A DNA stretch of 60,574 nt, filler included, from 7 parts of 7 records of this genome joined end to end with filler, not necessarily neighbours in it, one strand, 5' to 3'. Counted from the first letter of the whole stretch, positions 11,284 through 23,096 are shown. A program made the numbers and translations. The notes: generated by a model from the letters alone, not told the origin.

Positions 11284-11383
11284 NNNNNNNNNNNNNNNNN
11301 NNNNNNNNNNNNNNNNNNNNNNNNNNNTTAATTAATTAANNNNNNNNNNNNNNNNNNNNNNNNNNNNNNNNNNNNNNNNNNNN
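11284..11383. other. Artificial contig linker
   Basis: 44 N + TTAATTAATTAA (stops in all six frames) + 44 N; composition changes across it. Confidence 0.99.
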
Positions 11384-11621
11384 CCGCTTGTGATGTCCCC
11401 GCATCACGGCGCGACGCCTTCCTTGTTCTCGGCGGAATATTCATGTTTCGCAGCCTCTTTAGAGTTTTTCAGCAACCTGCTGGACCAACCCGACGCGGTG
11501 ACTACCACGCCGGAACCGGGGAAAACACCCCAAACGATATTAGTCCATAGTATGGTTAAAGTGTGGCCAAATCGGAACCACTCTGACAGCCGTACGGCAC
11601 GGCTAGTCCCGCTGCCGCCGG

Positions 11622-13010
11622 TTACAATCGCACGATCTTTCCCGGGTTCATCAGATTATCCGGATCGAGCGCCTTCTTGACCGCCCGCATGACGCTCATC
11701 GCTTCGCCGTGCTCGGCAACGAGAAAATCCATTTTACCATAGCCGACGCCGTGTTCGCCTGTGCAGGTACCGTCCATGGCAAGTGCCCGCATAACCAGGC
11801 GGTCGCTCAGGCGCTTGGCCTCGGCCAGGTCCTTCGGTTCGTCCGGATCGACCAGGATAACCAGATGGAAATTGCCGTCGCCGACATGGCCGACCAGAGG
11901 CGCCAGAAGGTTGCCTTCGTTGATATCGGCCTTGGTTTCGAGAATGCATTCGGCGAGGCGTGAAATCGGCACGCAAACGTCGGTCGTCATGCCGCCGCAG
12001 CCGGGCTTCAGGGCCAGGCCGGCGTAATAGGCATCGTGCCGGGCCTGCCACAGGCGATTGCGTTCTTCGGCCAGGACCGACCATTGAAAATCGGTTCCGC
12101 CGAATTCAGCGGCGATTTCCTCGACCGCCTCGACCTGTTCCCTGACGCCGGCCTCGCTGCCGTGGAATTCGAGGAACAGGGTCGGCTGAACCGCGTAATC
12201 CAGCTTCGAGTATCGGTTGACGGCGTCCATCTGGACCTCGTCGAGAAGCTCGATGCGGGCCATCGGAATGCCCGTCTGGATGGTCAGGATGACCGTCCGC
12301 ACGGCCGATTCCAGGTCGGGGAAGGAAACCACCGCCGAGGAAATCGCCTCGGGGATGCCGAACAGGCGCAGGGTCAACTCGGTGATCACGCCCAGCGTGC
12401 CTTCGGAGCCGACGAACAGATGGGTCAGGTCGTATCCGGCCGCCGATTTGCGGGCTCGGCGACTGGTTCGCACGATGCGGCCATCGGCCATGACCACGGT
12501 CATGCCGAGCACGCAGTCGGACATGGTGCCGTAGCGAACCGCATTGGTGCCGGACGCACGGGTCGCCGCCATGCCGCCCAACGAGGCGTCGGCCCCGGGA
12601 TCGACCGGAAAGAAAAGGCCGCTGTCGCGCAGGTAGGTATTGAGCTGCTTGCGCCTGACACCGGGCTGAACGGTTACGTCCATGTCCTCGTTGTTGACGG
12701 CGAGAATCTTGTTCATTTCCGAGGTATCGATCGAAACGCCGCCGTGCAGGGCGGCGACATGGCCTTCCAGCGCGGTACCGGTGCCGAACGGAATGACCGG
12801 GATCCTGTGCTTCGCACAGACTGTAACGACCGCCGAGACCTCTTCGGTGGTGCGCGGAAATACGACCGCATCCGGGGCGTAGGCATCGTGGTAGGATTCG
12901 TCTTTTCCATGCTGTTCGCAAATGGCCGCCGAGGTCGTCACCCGGTCGCCAAGGATGGCGGTCAGTTCCGAAACAAACCCGTCGGCAAGCGGCGCGCGCT
13001 GCGCTGTCAT
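11622..13010 (-). CDS. FAD-linked oxidase, D-lactate dehydrogenase (cytochrome)/GlcD family
   Basis: GSEGTLG, GHVGDGNFH, GEHGVG and DPDNLMNPGK motifs; start set at MTAQR. Confidence 0.9.
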   Translation of the reverse strand: MTAQRAPLADGFVSELTAILGDRVTTSAAICEQHGKDESYHDAYAPDAVVFPRTTEEVSAVVTVCAKHRIPVIPFGTGTALEGHVAALHGGVSIDTSEMNKILAVNNEDMDVTVQPGVRRKQLNTYLRDSGLFFPVDPGADASLGGMAATRASGTNAVRYGTMSDCVLGMTVVMADGRIVRTSRRARKSAAGYDLTHLFVGSEGTLGVITELTLRLFGIPEAISSAVVSFPDLESAVRTVILTIQTGIPMARIELLDEVQMDAVNRYSKLDYAVQPTLFLEFHGSEAGVREQVEAVEEIAAEFGGTDFQWSVLAEERNRLWQARHDAYYAGLALKPGCGGMTTDVCVPISRLAECILETKADINEGNLLAPLVGHVGDGNFHLVILVDPDEPKDLAEAKRLSDRLVMRALAMDGTCTGEHGVGYGKMDFLVAEHGEAMSVMRAVKKALDPDNLMNPGKIVRL

Positions 13011-13112
13011 TCCTGTTCTCCGTTCGGCGATGTGCAAATTTGGCGCCGAACCTACGTTACCGCGGGCGCCGCATCAAGCCGCCGGTGAGGCGATCGTTCG
13101 AATGCGATCGCT

Positions 13113-13829
13113 TCAGAAGGTTTCGACCCACGGCCGAAGGTCCAACTCCTGGCTCCAGGCGCTGCGATGCTGGCGGTGCAGATGCAGGAAGTTCTCGGCG
13201 ATGGCGTCGGGCCCCAGAAAGGCGTCGTCGGGCCGTTCAGTGACCATCTCGGCGTGGCGATCGGACAGGATCTGGCCGTCGACGATGACATGCGCCACAT
13301 GGATACCTTTCGGCCCCAGTTCGCGGGCCATGCTTTGCGACAATGCCCGAAGGCCAAATTTGGGGACGGCCAGATTGTGGAAATTGGCGCCGCCGCGCAA
13401 GGAAGCGGTGGCGCCGGTAAACAGGATCGTGCCGCCGCTTTTGCCGAGCATTGAGCGGGCCGCCTCGCGGCCGACCAGGAAGCCGCCGAGACAGCCGATA
13501 CGCCAGCAATTCTCGAATTCCTCGGCGGTCGTTTCGACGATGCCCTTGCGCACGAAGGCGCCGGCATTGAAGACGACCAAAGACGGCACGCCCAATTCGA
13601 CGGCGACGTTTTCGAACAGTTTGCGGACCGCGCCCTCGTCGGCGGCATCGCAGGAATAGGCGCGCGCATCGACGTCGGAAGCGGAGATTTCGGCGATTAA
13701 CGAATCGAGGCGGGTCGGTTTGCGCGAGGCGAGCGCAACATTCATTCCCTCATCGGCACAGCAGCGGGCCAGGGACGCCCCCAAACCGGGGCCGGCACCG
13801 ACGATCAAGGCGGTTTCGGGATTGTTCAT
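13113..13829 (-). CDS. Short-chain dehydrogenase/reductase
   Basis: VGAGPGLG, FNAG, FTGATASLRG, KFGLRALSQS and HVAHVIVDG motifs; start set at MNNPE. Confidence 0.88.
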   Translation of the reverse strand: MNNPETALIVGAGPGLGASLARCCADEGMNVALASRKPTRLDSLIAEISASDVDARAYSCDAADEGAVRKLFENVAVELGVPSLVVFNAGAFVRKGIVETTAEEFENCWRIGCLGGFLVGREAARSMLGKSGGTILFTGATASLRGGANFHNLAVPKFGLRALSQSMARELGPKGIHVAHVIVDGQILSDRHAEMVTERPDDAFLGPDAIAENFLHLHRQHRSAWSQELDLRPWVETF

Positions 13830-13860
13830 GGGCGCACCCACGGGTTCGCAGAAGGCCGGA

Positions 13861-14424
13861 TCAAATACCCTTGCCCTCCTCCAATTGATCGCGGGCTTCC
13901 GCAACATAGGCGGCGATACCGGGAAGCTGGGGATGGATGCTGAGCGCACGCTCGAAGGCCGCGACGGCGGCGTCCTTCTTGCCGACATAGACGAAGATCA
14001 TGCCAAGCCCCGACAGGGCGCCAAAATGCCGGGGCTCCAAGGCCAGGGTCTGCATGATGTCGGCAACCGAGGAATTAAAATCGCCCATCATGAAATAGAC
14101 GGTGGCGCGCTTGTTCCAGGCTTCCGAAAAATCGGGCGCCTCGGCAACCAGGGCATCGAAGGCGGCCAGCGCCGCCGGCAGATTGCCGACTTCAAGCGCC
14201 GATACGCCGAGATGCATCATGCTGTCGTTGCTGCCGTTGCCCGATTCCATCCAGGTTTCCCAGATGGCGGCTTCCAGGGGTTTCGCCTCGGCCTCGGACT
14301 GGGCGGCTTTCAAGGCTTCGAACAGCGAATCCAGCTTCGCCTGGTTGGGATGTCCGGCCTCGGCCTGGGCCTGCAGGAACAGGCCCAGCCCCATGGTCAT
14401 GATAATGAAAATCTTTCGCATCAA
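13861..14424 (-). CDS. Exported tetratricopeptide repeat protein
   Basis: Signal peptide plus PDFSEAWNKRAT and LEPRHFGALSGLG TPR motifs. Confidence 0.85.
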   Translation of the reverse strand: MMRKIFIIMTMGLGLFLQAQAEAGHPNQAKLDSLFEALKAAQSEAEAKPLEAAIWETWMESGNGSNDSMMHLGVSALEVGNLPAALAAFDALVAEAPDFSEAWNKRATVYFMMGDFNSSVADIMQTLALEPRHFGALSGLGMIFVYVGKKDAAVAAFERALSIHPQLPGIAAYVAEARDQLEEGKGI

Positions 14425-14462
14425 AAAAAGATGGGAACGCCCACCGCCCTTGCCAAGGGGGA

Positions 14463-15620
14463 TCAGCCGCCGGCCTGGCCGACCTTGCTTTCGAACCCTG
14501 CGGCAAATTCACCGTAGCCTTCGGCGGCCAGATTCTCGGCCGGGATGAAGCGCAGCGCCGCCGAATTGATGCAATAGCGCAAGCCGGTCGGTTTCGGGCC
14601 GTCGTTGAAAACATGGCCGAGATGGGAATCGCCGATCCTGCTGCGCACTTCGGTGCGGGTCATGAAAAAGGCGTTGTCGGTTTTCTCGACGATGGTCTGC
14701 GGATCGAGCGGCTTGGTGAAGCTCGGCCAGCCGGTGCCGGACTTGAACTTGTCGGCCGACGAAAACAGGGGTTCGCCGGAGACAATGTCGACATAAAGGC
14801 CGGCCCGCTTTTCGTTCCAGAATTCGTTGTCGAAGGCCCGTTCGGTGCCGTCCTTCTGGGTGACGTCGTATTGCAGGGCGGTCAGGCGTTTCTTGATCTC
14901 TTCATCGGAGGGACGGAAATACCGGGCGCCGGCCGACCGGTACATCGACCAATCGACGTTGCGATCGGCGCCCCAGACCTTGTCGACGAACTGATAACGG
15001 CCCGAACCGTGGGTATAGAATTTGTAGCGGATCGGATTTTTCTTGTAGTAGCCCTGGTGATAGTCCTCGGCGTCGTAGAATTTCTCGAACGGCACGATCT
15101 CGATCACAACCGGCTTGTCGTAACGCCCGGAAGCGGCCAGCGCATCGCGGCTTTTCTCGGCCGCCGCCTTCTGTTCGGCGTCGTGATAGAAAATCCCCGG
15201 GCGGTACTGATTGCCGCGGTCGACGAACTGGCCGTCGCCGTCGGTCGGATCCATCATCCGCCACAGGCCTTCAAGCAACCCTTCGTAGGTGATGACCGTC
15301 GGGTCGTAAAAGACCTGCACGGCCTCGGTATGGCCGGTGCCGCCGGCCGAAACCTGGTTGTAGGTGGGGTTCATGCTTTTGCCGCCGGTATAACCGGAAA
15401 CGGCATCGCGAACACCGGGCAGCTTTTCGAAACCGGCCTCGACGCACCAGAAACAGCCGCCGGCGAAGGTGGCGACGGCCTCGCCGGGCATCGCCTCGGA
15501 CTTCATCATGCCATCCCCCGATTTTTTCATACCGTCGTCGGCGGCAATCGCCGCGAAGCCGCCGACGGCCAGAAGGGTTGCGAGAACGACGGGGACGGCC
15601 CGCTTGCCAATCGAAAACAT
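14463..15620 (-). CDS. msrAB: Exported bifunctional methionine sulfoxide reductase MsrA/MsrB
   Basis: GGCFWC (MsrA) and SHLGHVF...RYCINS (MsrB); signal peptide; RBS before ATG 15620. Confidence 0.93.
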   Translation of the reverse strand: MFSIGKRAVPVVLATLLAVGGFAAIAADDGMKKSGDGMMKSEAMPGEAVATFAGGCFWCVEAGFEKLPGVRDAVSGYTGGKSMNPTYNQVSAGGTGHTEAVQVFYDPTVITYEGLLEGLWRMMDPTDGDGQFVDRGNQYRPGIFYHDAEQKAAAEKSRDALAASGRYDKPVVIEIVPFEKFYDAEDYHQGYYKKNPIRYKFYTHGSGRYQFVDKVWGADRNVDWSMYRSAGARYFRPSDEEIKKRLTALQYDVTQKDGTERAFDNEFWNEKRAGLYVDIVSGEPLFSSADKFKSGTGWPSFTKPLDPQTIVEKTDNAFFMTRTEVRSRIGDSHLGHVFNDGPKPTGLRYCINSAALRFIPAENLAAEGYGEFAAGFESKVGQAGG

Positions 15621-15754
15621 GATATCGACCTCTCTCGGATATAAATGGATCAACGCTGCCCCTTGATATGGGACGAGCCGCGCGAGGGTCGATTCAAGCC
15701 CGGTCACGATTCCGTTAGGCGGGCGTGACGATCAAATAAGCGGAAATCCGGGAA

Positions 15755-16897
15755 CTAGCGTTTCAGCGGCTTCGGTTCGGGGCCGCCGGTCGCCCAGTCG
15801 AGCAGTTCGACCGTGTGGACCACCGGCGTATCGGTGCCGTCGCTGATCTGGACCATGCAGCCGAGATTGCCGGCGGCGACGACTTCGGCGTTGAGGTTTT
15901 CGATATTGCCGACTTTTCGTTCCTGCAGCTTTTTCGCCAGGTCCGGCTGCAACAGATTGTAGGTGCCGGCCGAGCCGCAACAGATGTGGCTTTCGGCGGC
16001 CTCGCGGATTTCGAACCCGGCGTCGGTAAGAAGCCGTTTCGGCTCGTCGCGGATCTGCTGTCCGTGCTGCAACGAGCAGGCGGCATGATAGGCGACGACC
16101 GGGCGCGGCCCGCCTTCCTGAACCTTCAGCGGAATTTGCGCCATGACCTCGGTGACGTCACGGGCCAGAGCGCCGATGCGCGCCGCCGCCTCGGCCCAAT
16201 CGGGGTCGTCCTTGAGGACATAGCCGTAATCCTTGACCGTGGTGCCGCAGCCCGACGTGTTGATGACGATGGCATCGAGGCCGCCGTTTTCCAGTTCGCG
16301 GGTCCAGGCCTTGACGTTGGCCAGCGCCTTTTGCCGGGCTTCGTCCTCGCGGCCCATATGCTGGACCAGGGCGCCGCAGCAGCCGGCACCGGCGGCGATG
16401 ACGACTTCGACGCCGTGACGGGTGAGAAGCCTGATGGTCGCTTCGTTGATGGCCGGACGCAGCACCTGCTGGGCGCAGCCGCTGAGAAGCGCAACGCGCA
16501 TGCGGCGCGGCCCTTGGGCCTTGAAAACCTGGGGTTTATCGACGTCCGAAGCCGCAGGAATGGATTTCGGCGCCATGTCGATCATGCTTCTGAATTTTGC
16601 CGGCATCAGCGCTTTGAATGGCCGGGACAGCCAGGCACCGTAAAGCGACAGCCGGAAGATGCGCGGATTCGGCAGGGTGATCGCCAGCAGCGCCCGCAGG
16701 AAGCGATCGATCAGCGGCCGCTTGTAGGTCTTTTCGATGCGAACCCGGCCCTGATCGATCAGATGCATGTAATCGACGCCGGACGGGCATGTCGTCATGC
16801 ACGACAGGCAGGTCAGGCAGCGGTCGATGTGTTTGACCACATTCTTCGATGCCGGTTTGTCCTTTTCCAGCATGTCCTTGAGCATGTAGATGCGGCC
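15755..16897 (-). CDS. glcF: Glycolate oxidase iron-sulfur subunit GlcF (5-prime truncated)
   Basis: CLTCLSCMTTCPSGV ferredoxin motif, two CCG domains, CSLQHGQ. Confidence 0.9.
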   Translation of the reverse strand, partial: GRIYMLKDMLEKDKPASKNVVKHIDRCLTCLSCMTTCPSGVDYMHLIDQGRVRIEKTYKRPLIDRFLRALLAITLPNPRIFRLSLYGAWLSRPFKALMPAKFRSMIDMAPKSIPAASDVDKPQVFKAQGPRRMRVALLSGCAQQVLRPAINEATIRLLTRHGVEVVIAAGAGCCGALVQHMGREDEARQKALANVKAWTRELENGGLDAIVINTSGCGTTVKDYGYVLKDDPDWAEAAARIGALARDVTEVMAQIPLKVQEGGPRPVVAYHAACSLQHGQQIRDEPKRLLTDAGFEIREAAESHICCGSAGTYNLLQPDLAKKLQERKVGNIENLNAEVVAAGNLGCMVQISDGTDTPVVHTVELLDWATGGPEPKPLKR

Positions 16898-16997
16898 NNN
16901 NNNNNNNNNNNNNNNNNNNNNNNNNNNNNNNNNNNNNNNNNTTAATTAATTAANNNNNNNNNNNNNNNNNNNNNNNNNNNNNNNNNNNNNNNNNNNN
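16898..16997. other. Artificial contig linker
   Basis: 44 N + TTAATTAATTAA + 44 N. Confidence 0.99.
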
Positions 16998-19900
16998 GAT
17001 GGGAACGAAGTAGAGGGTCAGGAAGGTTGATGCTATAAGACCACCGATGATAGCACGTGCCATCGGACCCCATAGTTCGGCGCCGGAACCCAATTCCATG
17101 GCCAAGGGGATCATCGACAGGATGGTTGTCAGCGCTGTCATTAGAATGGGACGAAGACGTGTTTCGGAACCTTTAAGTATAGCATCCGTCACATGCATCT
17201 TGCTTTCACGAACCAGGCGGTTGATATAATCGATCAGAACAATACCGTTATTCACCACAATACCCACCAGCACCACCAATCCGATCATGGAGGTCAGGTT
17301 TAGCGTTGTTCCGGTGATAAAGAGCATCACGGCCACACCGATAAGCGCTAAGGGAATGGTAAAGAGGATGATAAAGGGATCAAGCAGTGATTCGAACTGC
17401 GAGGCCATAACCATGTATACCAGTGCAATAGCAACCAGGATAGCAAGCAGGAATGAAGAAGCCGTTTCTTGCATATCCTCTGCCGAACCTGTGATCTGAA
17501 TACGGAAATCAGAAGGCATCGAAAGCGTATTGATCTCTGCCTGAACGTCCTGAGTAACTGAACCCAGGTCGCGGCCGGATACGTTTGCATCCAGGGTGAC
17601 CATACGATTCTGATCTTTTCTAAGAACAGAGACCGGTGCGTTGGTTTCGCTGATCGTTGCAATAGTGCTTAAGGGGATCTGCGTACCGGATGGCGTCTTG
17701 ATGAAAATACTTTTCAAGTCTTGTTCGGATTCGCGGAATTCACGGTCGAGTTGAAGATAAACATCGTATTCCTCACCGCCTTCGCGATAGATCGAAGAGG
17801 TTTTTCCTTTCACGGCCGTTTCAACGATCTGAGCCAGCTGGGCGATATTCAATCCCATTTTACCGGCTTTTTCGCGATCGATCTCAATGGTATATTCCGG
17901 TTGCGGGTCGGAGAAGGAAAGGTTCATGTCAACGATACCTGGAATGTTTGTCATTTTCGCTTTCAGTTCTTCGGCAATAGCTTCTGCTTTTTCCAGATCA
18001 TATCCATATATCTCAACGGTCATATCGGCACCGGCTCCCATCATGCCACCGCTGGCAAAGACGGCCTTTACGCCGGGGATAGCATTGATCTTTTCACGCA
18101 GTTCATCCTGGATCTCGAACTTGGAGCGAGCACGTTCGCCTTTATCAACCAATGCAATGGAAATGCTTCCGCTGTTTGCGCTTCCACCGAAGATCGATGC
18201 GAATCCGCTTGCCCCACCGAAGTTTACGTTCACATTTTCCAGTTCGGGAATAGATGAAATGATCATGTCTTCGATCTGTTTGAAATAGGTGTCGGTGACA
18301 GGCAAAGCCGTTCCGACAGGAAGCTCAATATCAAAATTGATCTCGCTGTCATCGGTTTTGGGCATGAACTCGAAACCGACGGAACCCAGCATGATCAGCG
18401 AGGCAACGAAGATAGCCGCTATTGAGATAAGCATGGTCTTTTTATGACCCAGTGCCCATTTCAGGCTTTTGCGGTAACCGCGGCCGAGCGCTTCGAAGAA
18501 TTTACCCATGCCTTTATCAAAGCCGGCCATGAGTTTTGTTTTATGTGATTGCTGCTTTTTGGAAAGCAGTTTGGATGACAGCAAGGGGACCAGCGTTAAT
18601 GATACGAGCAAGGAAACCGTCAGCGACACAATAATGGTCAAAGCCAGATCCGAGATCATCATGCCCGCGATTCCGCTGACAAAGAGCATGGGAATAAAGA
18701 TAGACAAGGTTGTCAACGTCGATGCTAAAACGGCAGTGCCCACTTCGGACGCGCCCTTGTCGGCCGCTTCGCAGATGGGCTCGTTTTCTTCGTGATTTCG
18801 CCTGAAGATATTTTCAAGCACTACCACAGAGTTATCTACTAACATACCGATAGCGATCGCCAGTCCGGCCATGGAAATGATGTTCAAGGTCACGCCCATA
18901 AGGTTCATGACAAAGAAGGTAACCACAATGGAGACCGGTACGGAAATAGCAGTCGTAATGGCTGCACGGAAATTTCTAAGGAAGAGGAAGAGCACCAAAG
19001 CCGTTAATAGAAATGCAAGACTGGCTGTAGACAGCAAGTTGTTCGCCGATTCCATGATGAATTCCGACTGATCAAAATGCACGGTCAATTCAAGGTCTTT
19101 GCCGATCTCTTTCTCGATCTTTGCAAGGGCTTTGTTGGCCGCGTTACAAACTTTGACGGTATTGGCGTCCGATTGTTTCTGGATGCGAATATTGATGGTA
19201 TTGATGCCGTTATCGCGCACGACTTGTGTGGTTTCTTTAAAACCATCCACCACGCTGGCAACGTTTTTCAGGAAGATGGCATCACCGTACTGAGAATAAC
19301 CGACGATCACATCTTCGATATCTTTTACCGTTTTAAATTCGGAATTGGTGACCACGGAAAATTCCAACTTGCCTTCTTCGATCAAACCGCCCGGGATGGG
19401 AAGGTTTGAATAAGCGATCATCGTGACCACATCAAGAATGGAAATATTGTTGGCGGCCAATTCATAGGGATTGACATTGACTTGGATCTCGCGTTCCAGT
19501 CCACCCATCACGGATGCAGAGGCTACGCCGTCAATACGTTCAAGACGAGGCTGAACCTGATCTTCAACAAGACGACGGAGTTCGGCGCTTCCCATTTGAT
19601 CGGACCCGACCATCAAGCGCATGACCGGCATCATAGAAGGGTCAAAGACCACTGTGATCGGATCGGAAGCGTCATCGGGTAGAAAATCTCGGACAAAATC
19701 GATCTGCCCGCGAATATCCATTTCGGCCTGGTCCATATCCGTGCCCCAGGCAAATTCGACCATAATGATCGAAGAGCCCTTGTTGGACGTAGAGGAAATA
19801 TGCTTAATGCCCTCTACAGTGGAAATGGAGCCCTCAAGGGTCCGGGTCAGTGTGTTTTCAATATCTTCTGGCCCGACACCTTCATAAGAAGTGATCACAA

Positions 19901-20036
19901 CCGCCATCGGAAATTCGAATTCCGGATAGAGGTCCAGTTTCAGATTGGTCAAGCCAAAGATACCGAAACCGATAGCGATCACAAAGATCATAAAGAAGGT
20001 GATCGGGCGTTTTATACTTAAGGATGATAGTTTCAT
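16998..20036 (-). CDS. RND efflux permease, AcrB/AcrD/AcrF family (3-prime end cut by gap)
   Basis: GMLVDNSVVVLENI, RLRPILMT, 12-TM pattern with two large periplasmic loops. Confidence 0.93.
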
Positions 20037-20055
20037 AATTTAAACTCTCCGGGGA

Positions 20056-21333
20056 TTATTCAACAATGTTGACCAAAGTGGAATCGCTGAGGTTGTTCTG
20101 TCCCATTGTAACGACCAGGTCGCCGGCTTCCAGTCCGCTGATGACCTCATAACGGGTCTTGGATTGAATACCGATCTCAAGAGGAACTTCCAAGGCAACA
20201 CCGTCACGAATGATAAAACATGAATAGCTTGCTTCAACTTTTTCATCTCGCAGTGTTTCACCTTCGCGTTTTAGAATGGTTTGCTTATTTGTGATCGCTT
20301 TAGCGATAGTCAGAACATTTTCGCGTTCGTGAGTAATAATATCAATGCGGGCAAACATGCCGGGTTTCAAGCGGCCGTCATTGTTCTTTGCTATGATCTC
20401 AACTTTTGCCGTGCGCGTCATCGGATCGATCACAGGAGAAACGGTTTCCACCGTGCCTTCAAATATTTCATTGGGATAGGTGTTAACTTTGATCTCGGTG
20501 CGTTGACCGACTGCAATATAACCAAGATCATATTCTGTGACATTGATGGTCAATTTCACGGTTTTGGTTTGGTGAACGGTCACAAAAGGTTTTTGTGGGG
20601 TCGACATATCACCAACTCGATATGCAAGATTTGATACATAGCCTTCAATGGGAGCTGTGATCGAAGCATAACCCAATTGCGTTTTTGCCATATCAAGTGC
20701 AGCTTCCGCCTGTTTCAATCCGGCTTCGGCAACATCTTTTTGGGTAACCAATTGATCCCATTGAGAATCAGAGATGGCCTTGGCTTCATAGAGGGTTTTC
20801 ATACGCTCGTATTCGACCTTTACGTTTGCTACCTGGCTTTTAGCACTCAAGTATGCGGCTTCTGCCTGAGCAACGGAGGCTCTGACCGTGGCATCATTGA
20901 TCACACCAAGCACTGCCCCTTTTTTTACATAGTCGCCGTTCTCAACATTGATCACGGTAATATTGTCGGTTAGCTTGGGATAGACCACTACAGAAGGGTC
21001 TCCGGTTACATCCCCAAGGTACTGAACCTGCTGGGCGATATATTCGGGAGTGACCTTGGAGACATTGACTGGAATGATGGTCAGGTCATTGCCTTTGTCT
21101 GCAGAGATTGCCGGTTGAAGCAATTTTTCAGCCTGTGCAATATAACGACGAGCTTCTGCATCGCTAAATTCAGCAGGCAATTCATTCGTCAAGGCACGCA
21201 ATTTATTTGCACTTTTTGTGTAATTTATGTCTTCAGTTCTTTGGCCCGGAGCGCCACAAGATATCAGCACCAGGCTGATGATCATTAAGAATGAAATTAA
21301 TTTTAGAGTATTCTTTTTCATTACCTTCTCCAT
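20056..21333 (-). CDS. RND membrane fusion protein (lipoprotein)
   Basis: LISC lipobox, lipoyl halves, coiled coil, LKPGMF motif. Confidence 0.9.
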   Translation of the reverse strand: MEKVMKKNTLKLISFLMIISLVLISCGAPGQRTEDINYTKSANKLRALTNELPAEFSDAEARRYIAQAEKLLQPAISADKGNDLTIIPVNVSKVTPEYIAQQVQYLGDVTGDPSVVVYPKLTDNITVINVENGDYVKKGAVLGVINDATVRASVAQAEAAYLSAKSQVANVKVEYERMKTLYEAKAISDSQWDQLVTQKDVAEAGLKQAEAALDMAKTQLGYASITAPIEGYVSNLAYRVGDMSTPQKPFVTVHQTKTVKLTINVTEYDLGYIAVGQRTEIKVNTYPNEIFEGTVETVSPVIDPMTRTAKVEIIAKNNDGRLKPGMFARIDIITHERENVLTIAKAITNKQTILKREGETLRDEKVEASYSCFIIRDGVALEVPLEIGIQSKTRYEVISGLEAGDLVVTMGQNNLSDSTLVNIVE

Positions 21334-22649
21334 TATTTAACAAGTATGTTGTTCAGTGATTTTTTAAGATCTTCGATCGCCAGATTGTACTGGAACACAG
21401 AAGATATATAATTAGATTTTGCACCCAGGTATCCGCCTTCGGCAGAAACGACTTCCAGTTGAGTTGCAGAACCGTTTTCGTATAAGAGTTTTGAAAGTCT
21501 CAGTGCTTCTTCAGCCTGTTTTACAACATCTTCATTTGCGTAGATATTGCTTTGCATTTCTTCAACCTTACGATAGGCGGCGTCAACATCGGTATAGACA
21601 AAATCTTCTGTCTGTTCCAATTGATAGGCTGCTTCTTTAACTCCGATATTCGCTTTCTGAATACTGGCTGCGTTCTTTCCACCTGCAAAGAGAGGAAGGG
21701 AAACGCTAAGAGAAATATTCGATGAACGAAGATGGTCAAGATCAGCAAATACATCATCGTTTGCCTGCCACATCACATCGCCACCCACCTGTACTTTGGG
21801 CATAATGGAACTCCATGCTAGATTGCGCTGATATTTGGCTAATCTCTGCTGCTCTTTCATCATCTTGAGCTCAAGACGTTCTTCCTTTGTCAATTCAGTA
21901 AGATCATCCAGGCTCATACCTTCATAGGGATTGTGGATCTGTTCCAGGTTGCCAACAACCGAGACCTTATCCAGGGCGGGGTCGTTGATATATGTTTTTA
22001 AATTGGCAAGAGCCGATACCAGTTGATTCTCTAGAGAAACCAATTGAGGCTTATAAGACTCGTAGCGTACCTTTGCCTGCAGAACGTCCAGCTGAGTTGC
22101 CTGGCCGACAGCCTGACGCTGAAGGGCAAGCTCATAACTTTCTTTCGAAGAGCTCAGTCCCAGTTCGGTCGCTTCGATCATAGAATTCAACATCTGTGAT
22201 TGATAGTAAAGCAAGCGAATGGTATAGACCACGGTGTTCACCTGGTCTTGCATGGACAGCTCTGAAAGATTAACGGCTACATTCGACATCAACTGGCCAT
22301 TAATGATAGCGCCGCCTATAAAAACCGGATAAGAAAGCGATACACCGGCAACCGAAGTATATTTCGTTCCCATTTGCAGCTCGGTCGGGGGAGTGGGACC
22401 GTCGCCGTCAAAATCAACGACCATGACCGATAATTCAAGATTATCCGTCAATTGGTAGAACGATGAGACGGTAGGGAAAAAGTTTGCCAGGGTTTCGCGG
22501 GAAGAAGCTTTTGCTTTTTTCAGCGAGGCTTCCGAAAGCTTGATCTGGATATTGTTCTCCAGCGCGAGTTTTTCAGCTTCTTCAAGCGTGACCTCACGCG
22601 CAGAAAGCGCAACAGCCAGGATCATGATGAGTGTTAATATTTTCTTCAT
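21333..22649 (-). CDS. TolC-family outer membrane efflux protein
   Basis: Signal peptide and two OEP repeats (FFPTVS, LSVSLPLF). Confidence 0.88.
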   Translation of the reverse strand: MKKILTLIMILAVALSAREVTLEEAEKLALENNIQIKLSEASLKKAKASSRETLANFFPTVSSFYQLTDNLELSVMVVDFDGDGPTPPTELQMGTKYTSVAGVSLSYPVFIGGAIINGQLMSNVAVNLSELSMQDQVNTVVYTIRLLYYQSQMLNSMIEATELGLSSSKESYELALQRQAVGQATQLDVLQAKVRYESYKPQLVSLENQLVSALANLKTYINDPALDKVSVVGNLEQIHNPYEGMSLDDLTELTKEERLELKMMKEQQRLAKYQRNLAWSSIMPKVQVGGDVMWQANDDVFADLDHLRSSNISLSVSLPLFAGGKNAASIQKANIGVKEAAYQLEQTEDFVYTDVDAAYRKVEEMQSNIYANEDVVKQAEEALRLSKLLYENGSATQLEVVSAEGGYLGAKSNYISSVFQYNLAIEDLKKSLNNILVK

Positions 22650-22996
22650 TTCTTTTCAAATCCTCCTCGGATCAGTTTTATAAGTTCTTCTGTATGCTCA
22701 TCGGGATCTAAGTCTATATTATTCATTTCCCTCATTTTTGGGCCGGTTGAATGATGGATCATGCCCATCATGGCGGCGCCTAAAAGACTTGGAGAAATGT
22801 CATTACGTAACTCTTTGTTCCGGATCCCATCAGCAAATATTTTATTCATCGCTTCTTTTTGTCTAACGAAGAAATTTTGCATAACGCCTATTCCGAAAGA
22901 CACATTGATCTCTTTGTTCATGATCTTTTTAAACAACATGAACAAATGAGGGTTGACATCAGAAAAATTACACATTCCCCGGATCAAAGCTCTTAT
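22646..22996 (-). CDS. TetR/AcrR-family regulator, C-terminal part (5-prime truncated)
   Basis: DGIRNKELRNDISP TetR-C pattern; heads the efflux operon; the HTH would lie beyond the gap. Confidence 0.65.
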   Translation of the reverse strand: MRALIRGMCNFSDVNPHLFMLFKKIMNKEINVSFGIGVMQNFFVRQKEAMNKIFADGIRNKELRNDISPSLLGAAMMGMIHHSTGPKMREMNNIDLDPDEHTEELIKLIRGGFEKK

Positions 22997-23096
22997 NNNN
23001 NNNNNNNNNNNNNNNNNNNNNNNNNNNNNNNNNNNNNNNNTTAATTAATTAANNNNNNNNNNNNNNNNNNNNNNNNNNNNNNNNNNNNNNNNNNNN
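22997..23096. other. Artificial contig linker
   Basis: 44 N + TTAATTAATTAA + 44 N. Confidence 0.99.

Noticed and set aside
11328-11339. Recurrent TTAATTAATTAA palindrome (six copies)
   Set aside because: Always centred in N runs; it is a synthetic six-frame stop spacer, not a biological repeat or CRISPR
12036-16945. Long plus-strand ORFs (12036-13088, 14613-15644, 15815-16945 and others)
   Set aside because: Antisense shadows of real minus-strand genes, expected in GC-rich DNA; no recognisable motifs
16998-20036. RND pump has DN and NN in place of the AcrB DD and K proton-relay residues
   Set aside because: These variants are common in non-AcrB RND subfamilies
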